Assembly (NCBI GenBank): GCA_038217285.1
Contig: JBBQPO010000195.1
Span: 1-11,827 of the forward strand
DNA: 11,827 nucleotides
DNA from: Chthonomonadales bacterium
Lineage (GTDB): Bacteria; Armatimonadota; Chthonomonadetes; Chthonomonadales; Chthonomonadaceae
Reading direction: 5' to 3'
The notes under the pieces are model-generated. The model saw nothing but the letters and a program-made list of their open reading frames with translations. It was not told where the DNA came from and did not search any database. This document shows, in pieces, positions 1-7,017 of this stretch (positions are counted from its first letter, which is position 1; each line of letters starts with the position of its first letter). The position numbers and the translations under genes are program-made.

Positions 1-471
1 GAAGTAGGCCGCGTCCTGGTGCAGGTGCTTTGGGTGGCCGCCGACTGGCTCCTTATAGAGGCACTGCCCGTTGATGAACAGCTCGACGTTGGGTCCCAGT
101 ATCGCTTCCGCCAGGTCGACCGCTCTGGTGTCTTGGGCGGATTGCAGGAACGCGGCGCTGGAAAGGTAGTTGACAGCGAGGACCATGATCTGCTTGTCAC
201 GACTGAAGTTGGCCGGCGCCGGAAGGAAGAGCGTTCCATTAGGCGTCACCCACCCTTCCGGCACCTTCCGGGCCTCGTCCAGAAGCGATATCGATTCGGC
301 TGCCGCCGCTTCGATATCGCGATTGAGCGCCTCCAAATAGGGCTTCATCAGTCCGCGGACCACAAGGCAGCCGTGTTCACGGTAGACCGCAGCGGCCGTC
401 CCTACATCGAGTCCATCCGCGTCGACCTCGATATCCGCGATCGCAACCCCGCCCGTCGTCGCAGCTTTCAT
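1..471 (-). CDS. Phytanoyl-CoA dioxygenase (PhyH) family 2OG-Fe(II) oxygenase, 3' end runs off the window
   Basis: Not in the ORF track; translated by hand. ATG at 471-469 is preceded by the SD AAAGGAG. The frame is open to base 1: MKAATTGGVAIADIEVDADGLDVGTAAAVYREHGCLVVRGL...DLAEAILGPNVELFINGQCLYKEPVGGHPKHLHQDAAYF. YxxxGxLVVRG and K-P...HQD (HxD iron ligand motif) are PhyH hallmarks. Confidence 0.88.
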   Translation of the reverse strand, partial: MKAATTGGVAIADIEVDADGLDVGTAAAVYREHGCLVVRGLMKPYLEALNRDIEAAAAESISLLDEARKVPEGWVTPNGTLFLPAPANFSRDKQIMVLAVNYLSSAAFLQSAQDTRAVDLAEAILGPNVELFINGQCLYKEPVGGHPKHLHQDAAYF

Positions 472-520
472 CCCTGTATCTCCTTTCGCCCCGGCGCCGC
501 CACGCAATCCAGGAAGCCAT

Positions 521-2320
521 TCAGCTCCTCTTGTGAGGCACGATCTTCAGCCCGAGTTCGCGCAGCTGGGCCTCATCCACCGCCGAAGGCGAGTCCATCA
601 TGGGATCGTACCCAAGTCCCATCTTCGGAAATGCAATCACTTCGCGGATGTTCGGCTCATCCACCAGGTTCATGATCAGGCGATCGATACCGGTCGCGAA
701 TCCTCCATGGGGAGGAGCGCCGTAGGCGAAGGCCTCGAGAATATGCCCGAACCGCTCACTCTGGCGCTCCGCCGAGATCCCGAGCAGGCTGAACACCCTG
801 GCCTGGACATCGGCACGGTGGATTCTGATGCTTCCCGAGCCCGACTCCTGGCCATTGCACACAAGGTCGTAGCACTGCGCGCGAATCCTGGCCGGATCGG
901 TATCGAAGTAGGCCAGGTGATCCTCGTATGGCATCGTGAACGGGTGGTGCTCCGCCTCCCAGCGCCCCTCCTCCTCGTTCCACTGCACCAGCGGGAAGTC
1001 CGTGACAATGCAGAAGTAGAGCTTGTTCGGGTCTCGCAATCCCAGGCGGCGCCCAATCTCCAGCCGCAGGCGGCTCAGTACGTTCGCGACGACCGCAGGC
1101 TTCGGGTCGGCGATAAGGCAGAGCAGGTCCCCTTCCTCTGCATTGCAGGCGACCAGAATGTGCTCCATCTGCGCGTCGGAAACGAATTTCGACAGGGCAG
1201 ACTTGACTCCCTGGCCGGTCGACTCCGTTACCGCGATCGTGCCGAGACCCCTGGCGCCGAACTCCTTGCAAAAGCTCTGCAGGTCGTCCACCTCTTTGCG
1301 GGAGAGCTTCGCCCCGTCCGGGTATCGGATGGCCTTGACCTGCCCACCGGATCCGATCGCGCTCTGGAACACGGGAAAATCGGTTTCGCGCGCGATCTCG
1401 CTCAGGTCGACGAGCTCAAGGTCGAACCGGATGTCCGGTTTGTCGCTCCCATAGCGGCGCATCGCTTCGTCCCACGTCAGCCTCGGGAATGGCGTCAGCA
1501 TCTTCTTCTCGCTTACCTGACTTACGACATTTCGCGTGTACCCCTCCACCATTTCGAGAACGTCGTCCTGTGAGACGAACGACATCTCGACATCCAGCTG
1601 CGTGAACTCCGGCTGCCGGTCTGCACGCTGAGCCTCGTCGCGGAAGCAGCGAGCAATCTGGAAGTAGCGATCGCAGCCGGCGACCATCAGGAGTTGCTTG
1701 TACTGCTGCGGCGATTGGGGAAGCGCGTAGAAGCTCCCCGGTTCGAGGCGATACGGAACGAGATAGTCCCGCGCCCCTTCCGGCGTGCTCTTTGTGAAGA
1801 GCGGCGTTTCGATTTCGAGAAAGCCGCGAGAGTCGAAATAGTCGCGAATCAGCTTGACGACCCGGTGGCGCAGCTCCAGTCGCTGATACATGACGGGCCG
1901 CCTAAGGTCGAGGTAGCGGTACTTCACACGCAGCGTCTCGTCTACCTGCGTCATGTTCGCCTCGTCGGCGATCTGAAACGGTAGGGGTCGCGACGTGTTC
2001 AGCACTTCAATCTCCCGGGCTTCGACCTCGACATCTCCTGTGCTCAGGTTGGGATTCTCGGTACCGGGGCGACGCAGACGAACGCGGCCCACAACGGAAA
2101 GAACGGTCTCGCTCCTTACGCCGTTTGCCGCGGCGACCAGATGCGGAGCGGTCGTCGCGTCCACGACCACCTGAACGATGCCTGTGCGGTCCCGGAGATC
2201 GATGAAAACCAGGTCGCCAAAGTCGCGCTGGCGATGCGCCCATCCGTTGAGTGTAACTTCTCTGCCCGCATCTTGCGCTCCGAGCAGGCCGCACTCGACC
2301 GTGCGTTTTCCCTTGTTCAA
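521..2320 (-). CDS. aspS: Aspartate--tRNA ligase (bacterial type, with GAD insertion domain)
   Basis: OB-fold GWAHRQRDFGDLVFIDLRD, RVKYRYLDLRR, TKSTPEGARDYLVP, YALPQSPQQYKQLLM, motif 2 FRDEAQRADRQPEFTQLD, HHPFT, motif 3 GAPPHGGFATGIDRL. TTG start with SD GGAGG 10 nt upstream. Confidence 0.98.
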   Translation of the reverse strand: MNKGKRTVECGLLGAQDAGREVTLNGWAHRQRDFGDLVFIDLRDRTGIVQVVVDATTAPHLVAAANGVRSETVLSVVGRVRLRRPGTENPNLSTGDVEVEAREIEVLNTSRPLPFQIADEANMTQVDETLRVKYRYLDLRRPVMYQRLELRHRVVKLIRDYFDSRGFLEIETPLFTKSTPEGARDYLVPYRLEPGSFYALPQSPQQYKQLLMVAGCDRYFQIARCFRDEAQRADRQPEFTQLDVEMSFVSQDDVLEMVEGYTRNVVSQVSEKKMLTPFPRLTWDEAMRRYGSDKPDIRFDLELVDLSEIARETDFPVFQSAIGSGGQVKAIRYPDGAKLSRKEVDDLQSFCKEFGARGLGTIAVTESTGQGVKSALSKFVSDAQMEHILVACNAEEGDLLCLIADPKPAVVANVLSRLRLEIGRRLGLRDPNKLYFCIVTDFPLVQWNEEEGRWEAEHHPFTMPYEDHLAYFDTDPARIRAQCYDLVCNGQESGSGSIRIHRADVQARVFSLLGISAERQSERFGHILEAFAYGAPPHGGFATGIDRLIMNLVDEPNIREVIAFPKMGLGYDPMMDSPSAVDEAQLRELGLKIVPHKRS

Positions 2321-2350
2321 GTAGGTCGTTCCTCCGAAATTGGGTTTCCA

Positions 2351-2497
2351 CTGCCAGGCGAGACGCCCGGCTGGTATTCATCCTGACAGGCTTTCAGGTG
2401 GTCAAGTTGCGGTCGGGCCCGGCGCTATGCAGACGCTCGTTGACCCGTTGCTCGCCTCTGCGGGGCCGGTTTAAATATTCGTCTCGACACGGGCACG
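2351..2497 (-). ncRNA. Candidate structured RNA (6S/SsrS-like, or structured 5' leader of aspS)
   Basis: Begins just downstream of a sigma70-type promoter. Long-range pairings seen by eye: CGAGACG/CGTCTCG (2480-2486 with 2359-2365), TGCC/GGCA at the ends, TATTTA..CC/GG.TGAATA, apical GGTCAA/TTGACC (2440-2445 with 2400-2405), and a CCTGA/TCAGG hairpin (2382-2398). The 3' half CCACCTG...CAGGATGAATAC resembles 6S RNA 3' halves. Family not confirmed. Confidence 0.45.
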
Positions 2498-2504
2498 AAC
2501 GACG

Positions 2505-2533
2505 ATTCTAACGCATTTGGCCACTTCTGTCTA
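2505..2533 (-). promoter_or_regulatory. Sigma70/SigA-type promoter for the leader RNA and aspS
   Basis: Minus strand reads TAGACA (2533-2528), a 17-bp spacer, then TAGAAT (2510-2505). Both boxes match consensus at 5/6. Confidence 0.75.
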
Positions 2534-2587
2534 TGGAAGGATCACAATACCAGCACACGGCGGCAGTAACGTGCAGGTCGCGAATGG

Positions 2588-3625
2588 TCACTCGGGAACA
2601 GAGGCTCGCTGCAGGCGGTCCCGCACCGCAAGCCACTCCTCCGTCTCCGGTACGGCGTCGACGACGATTCGATCAACCCCCCGGGCGTCGAGAGCATGCA
2701 GCTCCGCATAGACCTGCGCTGCATAACCTGCGGCATCTCGGCGCATCTCAACACGGATCACCCGGTCGCTCTCCGACACGGCTTCCAGCGTGTCCGAGCG
2801 CCGCAGCCATCCGACACGCAGACCCTGCGATCCAAGTTCCTCGACGCGCTGGGGGCCATCAGCAGTCAGCTCGAGAGGCGTCCGCGGCGCATAGTGCCTG
2901 TCCAGCATGCCGGGGGACAGCAGTGCCGCCGAATCGAGGTTCGAGTGGAGAGGAAGCATGCGCTCGATCGGGCCGACTACAGCCTCGATCTCCGCGGATC
3001 CAATCAGTCCCGGACGCAGAAGACGAGGCATGCCGCCGACAAGGCTGACGACGGTCGACTCGATTCCCCCCGACGTCGGACCGCCGTCGAGGACTAGATC
3101 GATCCTGCCATACAGGCTGCGTAGAACATGGTCGGATGTCGTTGGAGAGAGCCTCCCGGAACGGTTCGCGCTTGGCGCGGCGATCGGGATGCCGGCGCTT
3201 CGAAGCAACGCGTGGGCCACCGGGTGGGACGGAACGCGCAGCGCCACGGTAGGGCCGCCGCCAGTAACAGTGTCGGGAACCTGTCCTCGCTTCAACAGGA
3301 CCAGTGTCAGCGCGCCGGGCCAGAAAACTTCGGAAAGCAGATCGGCAGCTTCGGGCCAGTCGAGAACGAGTGCTTTGGCGGCGAGGGTGTCTGCCACGTG
3401 AACGATGAGCGGGTTGTAAGTCGGTCGCTCCTTCGCGACGAAGATCCGCGCCACCGCATCTGGATTGAGCGCGTTCGCTCCGAGGCCGTATACCGTCTCC
3501 GTCGGGAACGCAACGAGCTTGCCCTCGAGCAGCAGCCCGGCGGAGCGGGCAATTGAGCCGCCATTTAGCTTCTCGGAGTTCGTTTCGAAGGCCGGCACTG
3601 TTTCTGTTCTGGTTACGCCGCTCAA
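2588..3625 (-). CDS. sua5: L-threonylcarbamoyladenylate synthase, Sua5 type (YrdC domain plus C-terminal SUA5 domain)
   Basis: VAFPTETVYGLGA, KERPTYNPLIVH, FWPGALT, IAAPSANRSG, GIESTVV, linker SPGMLDRHYAP and C-terminal AVRDRLQRAS. The TTG start is plausible but not certain. Confidence 0.96.
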   Translation of the reverse strand: MSGVTRTETVPAFETNSEKLNGGSIARSAGLLLEGKLVAFPTETVYGLGANALNPDAVARIFVAKERPTYNPLIVHVADTLAAKALVLDWPEAADLLSEVFWPGALTLVLLKRGQVPDTVTGGGPTVALRVPSHPVAHALLRSAGIPIAAPSANRSGRLSPTTSDHVLRSLYGRIDLVLDGGPTSGGIESTVVSLVGGMPRLLRPGLIGSAEIEAVVGPIERMLPLHSNLDSAALLSPGMLDRHYAPRTPLELTADGPQRVEELGSQGLRVGWLRRSDTLEAVSESDRVIRVEMRRDAAGYAAQVYAELHALDARGVDRIVVDAVPETEEWLAVRDRLQRASVPE

Positions 3626-3690
3626 CGCTCTTCCACCCCTTACGGCCTCATCTTCGCAGTCTTACCACCTGCTGGTCGAAAGTGAAACAC

Positions 3691-3719
3691 ATTATACCGT
3701 GAGCGAATGCCCGAGGAAA
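3691..3719 (-). promoter_or_regulatory. Possible promoter for sua5
   Basis: Perfect TATAAT on the minus strand (3696-3691), 65 bp upstream of the TTG. The -35 at 17-bp spacing is weak (TTTCCT, 3719-3714). Confidence 0.45.
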
Positions 3720-3864
3720 AACCCGTCGCGATGGCCAATAAGTATCTGGCGCATCGGACTGGCACGTCGGAAGGTTCGGACGTGTCAGATTTAGCCGTAT
3801 CGAGTGACGTCGAAGCGGGAGATGTCCGCTCGCCGAAGAGCGCACTGCAAACAAGGGAGCGATT

Positions 3865-4698
3865 GTGGTGACAGGGGCTTTTGGCGGCCTGGACATCGAA
3901 TTTTGGGCGAGGCGGCCTCTGATCGGCATGGTGCACCTCCTGCCCTTGCCAGGTAGTCCCGGAGATACCGGCATACCGCTTGAGGATGTAGTCGAAAGAG
4001 CGACCGCCGACGCGCGGGCGCTAGAGGCCGGAGGTGCCTCGGCGATCATCGTCGAAAACTTTTTCGACTCACCGTTCGCCAGGGATCGGGTTCCGCCCCA
4101 CACGATCGCCGCGATGACGCGAGCCGTAGTCGCCGTCCGCGCGGCCTGCACGCTTCCCATTGGGGTGAACGTGCTTCGTAACGACGCCTGTTCCGCGCTC
4201 GCCGTCGCGCGAGCCTGTGACGCTCAATTCGTTCGCGTGAACGTGTGGGTGGGAGCAGCCGTTACCGATCAGGGGATCATCGAGGGCGCGGCGCGCGAGG
4301 CCATTCTCTATCGGCGCCAGATCGGTGCGAACCTGGCGATATTCGCGGACGTCTTTGTCAAACATGCGACTCAGCTTGGCTCGGGTACGATCGCGGACGC
4401 GGCGCGCGATGCGGTCCTCCGCGGCAAGGCCGACGCCCTGATCGTTACAGGGTCCGCGACCGGCTCTCGCACGTCCCTGGACGACCTGCGCGAATTGAAG
4501 TCGGCTGTTCCCAGTACTCCGGCGCTGGTCGGCAGCGGCGTGGACGCGGATAACGCGGCCGAGCTGATGGCGCTTGCGGACGGTGTGATCGCCGGAACCA
4601 GCCTGAAACAGAACGGTGCCGTCTCGGCGCCAGTAGATGCCGAGCGAGTACGGCGATTGCGCGCCGCAATGGACGGCCTGGCCCAACCGCAAAACTGA
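3865..4698 (+). CDS. btpA: BtpA/SgcQ family TIM-barrel protein
   Basis: IGMVHLLPLPGSP, IIVENFFDSPF, PIGVNVLRND, FVRVNV, DQGIIEG, ADVFVKHA, ADALIVTGSATG, LVGSGV and ADGVIAGTSLK are characteristic of the family. GTG GTG start follows the SD AAGGGAG. Confidence 0.93.
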   Translation: MVTGAFGGLDIEFWARRPLIGMVHLLPLPGSPGDTGIPLEDVVERATADARALEAGGASAIIVENFFDSPFARDRVPPHTIAAMTRAVVAVRAACTLPIGVNVLRNDACSALAVARACDAQFVRVNVWVGAAVTDQGIIEGAAREAILYRRQIGANLAIFADVFVKHATQLGSGTIADAARDAVLRGKADALIVTGSATGSRTSLDDLRELKSAVPSTPALVGSGVDADNAAELMALADGVIAGTSLKQNGAVSAPVDAERVRRLRAAMDGLAQPQN

Positions 4699-4750
4699 GT
4701 GCTTTCAAGGAAGCGCAGTTCGAACCTGCGCGGTCCGAAAGGAGACGAAT

Positions 4751-5680
4751 TTGCCCCATAAGAGCCGTCCCGTCATGCTGATCCTGGTCGCCGGGCTCGC
4801 GCTGCAGAGCTCCCTGATTGCCGTGGCCGTGGCAGGACCTGGCCATAAGCCCGCCGGAAAGAAATCGGGCAGCGCAGGATCGAGTCCGGGCGCCGCCCTG
4901 ACGGCCGCTGGTAAGAAGATCTACGACGCGAAAGGCTGCGGCGCGTGCCATGCGATCAACGGCAAGGGCGGGACCGCCGGGCCAGACCTTTCGGCAACCG
5001 GCGCCGTGCCGACGCATACCGTGCAGTGGCTCTCCGCACAGATCGCCAATCCGAAAACTCATAACCCGGACTCGACCATGCCGGCATTTGCGGCAACCGT
5101 GCAGGCCAAAGACCTGACCACGATGGCCACTTACCTGGCCAACCTCAAGGGAGCTGCGTCGCCGGCCGGCGCGGCGGTGCACAAGGGCACGGCCCCCAGC
5201 CCTGCTCTGATCGCTAAGATAGAGAAACTGGGTGGAATGATCGGACCGGTTGCGCAGAATGACGACCATCTCGACATAAATCTGCATCTTGCCGGCGCGA
5301 ACGTCTCCGACGCATCGCTTACGGCGCTTTCGGGATTGAAAGGCGTCGTGAGGCTGGACCTGGGAACAACTCCGATCACAGACATCGGCATGCAGCACAT
5401 AAAAGGGCTTACTGAGCTCACGGAGCTGCACCTGGAAGGGACGAAGATCTCTGACGCGGGCCTCACCGCGATCGAGGGAATGAAAAGCCTCTCCTATCTG
5501 AACCTGTACAACACGGGAATTACGGACGCCGGCCTGGGTCATCTCAGCCATCTGACAAATCTAAAGCATCTCTACGTGTGGCAGACCAAAGTTACGGAAG
5601 CGGGAGTCGCGAACTTGAAGAAGGAGCTGCCGAACGTGGAGGTCGTGATGGGCTGGGACACCGCGCCCGCCAAGAAGTAG
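4751..5680 (+). CDS. Secreted monoheme c-type cytochrome fused to a leucine-rich-repeat domain
   Basis: Start re-called to TTG at 4751, which has SD AAAGGAG at 4738-4744 and removes the overlap with btpA. Signal peptide ends AVA-G. Heme motif CGACH, GPDLS, and distal Met in NPDSTMPAF. About five 24-aa repeats of type LxxLxLxxTxITDxGLxxLxxLxx. Confidence 0.88.
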   Translation: MPHKSRPVMLILVAGLALQSSLIAVAVAGPGHKPAGKKSGSAGSSPGAALTAAGKKIYDAKGCGACHAINGKGGTAGPDLSATGAVPTHTVQWLSAQIANPKTHNPDSTMPAFAATVQAKDLTTMATYLANLKGAASPAGAAVHKGTAPSPALIAKIEKLGGMIGPVAQNDDHLDINLHLAGANVSDASLTALSGLKGVVRLDLGTTPITDIGMQHIKGLTELTELHLEGTKISDAGLTAIEGMKSLSYLNLYNTGITDAGLGHLSHLTNLKHLYVWQTKVTEAGVANLKKELPNVEVVMGWDTAPAKK

Positions 5681-5702
5681 ACTAACTGTTGCCACTCAAA
5701 AC

Positions 5703-5834
5703 CGTTGGGCCGGGAAATCCGCTGCGGTCGGCGACGACGTAAACGTCCCTACGGGTCGTTTGGCTTCGCTCGGGGGCCCTCGGCCAAGTGGCCCTCCGGG
5801 CACGGAACTCAGCTGTAACCGTGCGGTCCTAACG
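5703..5834. repeat. Multi-hairpin intergenic element with imperfect terminal inverted repeats (MITE/REP-like or structured RNA)
   Basis: CGTTGGGCC (5703-5711) pairs with GGTCCTAACG (5825-5834). Internal stems are GACGAC/GTCGTT, CGGGGGCC/GGCCCTCCG and GCACGG/CCGTGC. Lies between convergent genes. Confidence 0.5.
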
Positions 5835-5878
5835 CTTGTGCGCACTAACAGACGATTTAGGCCGGCCATGCGGCCCGA

Positions 5879-6781
5879 TCACAGTCCGGCGGCGAGGCGA
5901 AGGTAGAGATAGGCAAGCGGTATGACGAACAGGAGACTGTCGACGCGGTCCAGCAGTCCTCCATGGCCGGGCATGAGCTGCCCGAAGTCCTTGATGCCGA
6001 TTTCGCGCTTGAGCGCGGACTCGAACAGATCGCCGATCTGCCCGGCGAAGCCGGCGACGACGCCGACGATCAGGCTGTGATACCAGGGCAGCTGTATCCA
6101 GAGACCGAAACAGGCCCCGACGATCATGGCGCCCACCAGCCCACCTATTGCGCCCTCGACCGTCTTGCCGGGCGATAGCGTCGGTGCAAGAGGCGTCCGA
6201 CCGAACGTTTTCCCGACGAAATAGGCAGAGGTGTCCGTTGCCCATACGCACATGGCTGCGTAAAGCATTAGCCACGCGCCGTTGTCGGCCATGCCGAAGG
6301 GCCTAACTCCAATGCGTCCCGGGATCCCGCGCAGGAGTACGAAGCTGCTAAAGAGCAGTCCGACATAGAGGCACCCGATCAGGCCGTAGAAGACGCGCCT
6401 CCGGCCGAGCGCGCGCCCGGTTCGTGCCGCGCGTATAACGGTCCAACTAAATAGGGAGACGAGGAGCACCATGAGGCAGGCATACGCCAGCGTTCCCAGG
6501 TGCCTCGTGACCGGGAGCATGTAGGCAGCCCAGGGAAAGAGAAGCCCGAGCCAGGCGATCGCCGGATTGATCCAGGTCTGGCCGCCAGATGTCGCGATGG
6601 CAGAAAGAGGCGTTGCGCAGTGAGGGGCAAGCATTCGCCTGCCGTGATAGGCGTCGACGAACTCAAATATACCGAGCGCCACGGCGATTGTCACACCAAA
6701 GCAGAACGGAAGCGTGCCCCAGAAACAGAGACTAAGAAAATAGCTGACTCCCACGATCGTGGTCAGTACTCGTTTGAGCAG
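5879..6781 (-). CDS. cdsA: Phosphatidate cytidylyltransferase (CDP-diacylglycerol synthase)
   Basis: VWATDTSAYFVGK, LAPTLSPGKTVEGAIGG and GQIGDLFESALKREIGIKDFGQLMPGHGGLLDRVDSL (CTP_transf_1 signature). The typical N-terminus (M)LKRVLT begins at a CTG at 6781 after GAAGGG; the alternative is ATG at 6868. The track start at 7159 overlaps the divergent gene and is unlikely. Confidence 0.95.
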   Translation of the reverse strand: MLKRVLTTIVGVSYFLSLCFWGTLPFCFGVTIAVALGIFEFVDAYHGRRMLAPHCATPLSAIATSGGQTWINPAIAWLGLLFPWAAYMLPVTRHLGTLAYACLMVLLVSLFSWTVIRAARTGRALGRRRVFYGLIGCLYVGLLFSSFVLLRGIPGRIGVRPFGMADNGAWLMLYAAMCVWATDTSAYFVGKTFGRTPLAPTLSPGKTVEGAIGGLVGAMIVGACFGLWIQLPWYHSLIVGVVAGFAGQIGDLFESALKREIGIKDFGQLMPGHGGLLDRVDSLLFVIPLAYLYLRLAAGL

Positions 6782-7017
6782 AGAGCCCTTCGGCCTGGAT
6801 TGTAGTTGCGCGCTATTTCCGCTCAATCGGATATGACCTGGTTTCAGGATAACGATGCCGCCAGCCATCCCGGCTTGAATCGTATTCCTTCGCACTACTC
6901 TGCCTATTCTGGATGCCGCCGCCAAACTCCTTGTCGGATTCCGCCTCCGAAGGAACTGCCTCTCGCCGCGCCGAACATGCCCGGTAATTCGCCCGTATAG
7001 CGCCAATGGAGTTCCGC

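Noticed and set aside
19..675. 218-aa plus-strand ORF in the track
   Set aside because: Antisense shadow of the real minus-strand PhyH gene and the aspS 3' end; no motifs.
533..1573. 346-aa plus-strand ORF and other long alternative-frame ORFs (e.g. 4445-5551, 7722-8357)
   Set aside because: Antisense or out-of-frame to well-supported genes; such open shadow frames are expected in high-GC DNA.
2335..2356. T-box-like GTGGAAACC upstream of aspS
   Set aside because: Does not match GGTGGNACCGCG; no recognisable Stem I/specifier loop or terminator.
4637..4750. N-terminal extension of the cytochrome-LRR ORF in the track
   Set aside because: Overlaps btpA and buries the signal peptide; TTG 4751 has a strong SD.
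5680..5862. Integron attC-like boxes (ACTAAC, GTTGGGC, TCCTAAC)
   Set aside because: For the long element the boxes are in the wrong order (GTT before AAC on both strands). The correctly ordered pair spans only about 30 bp. No cassette or integrase is present.
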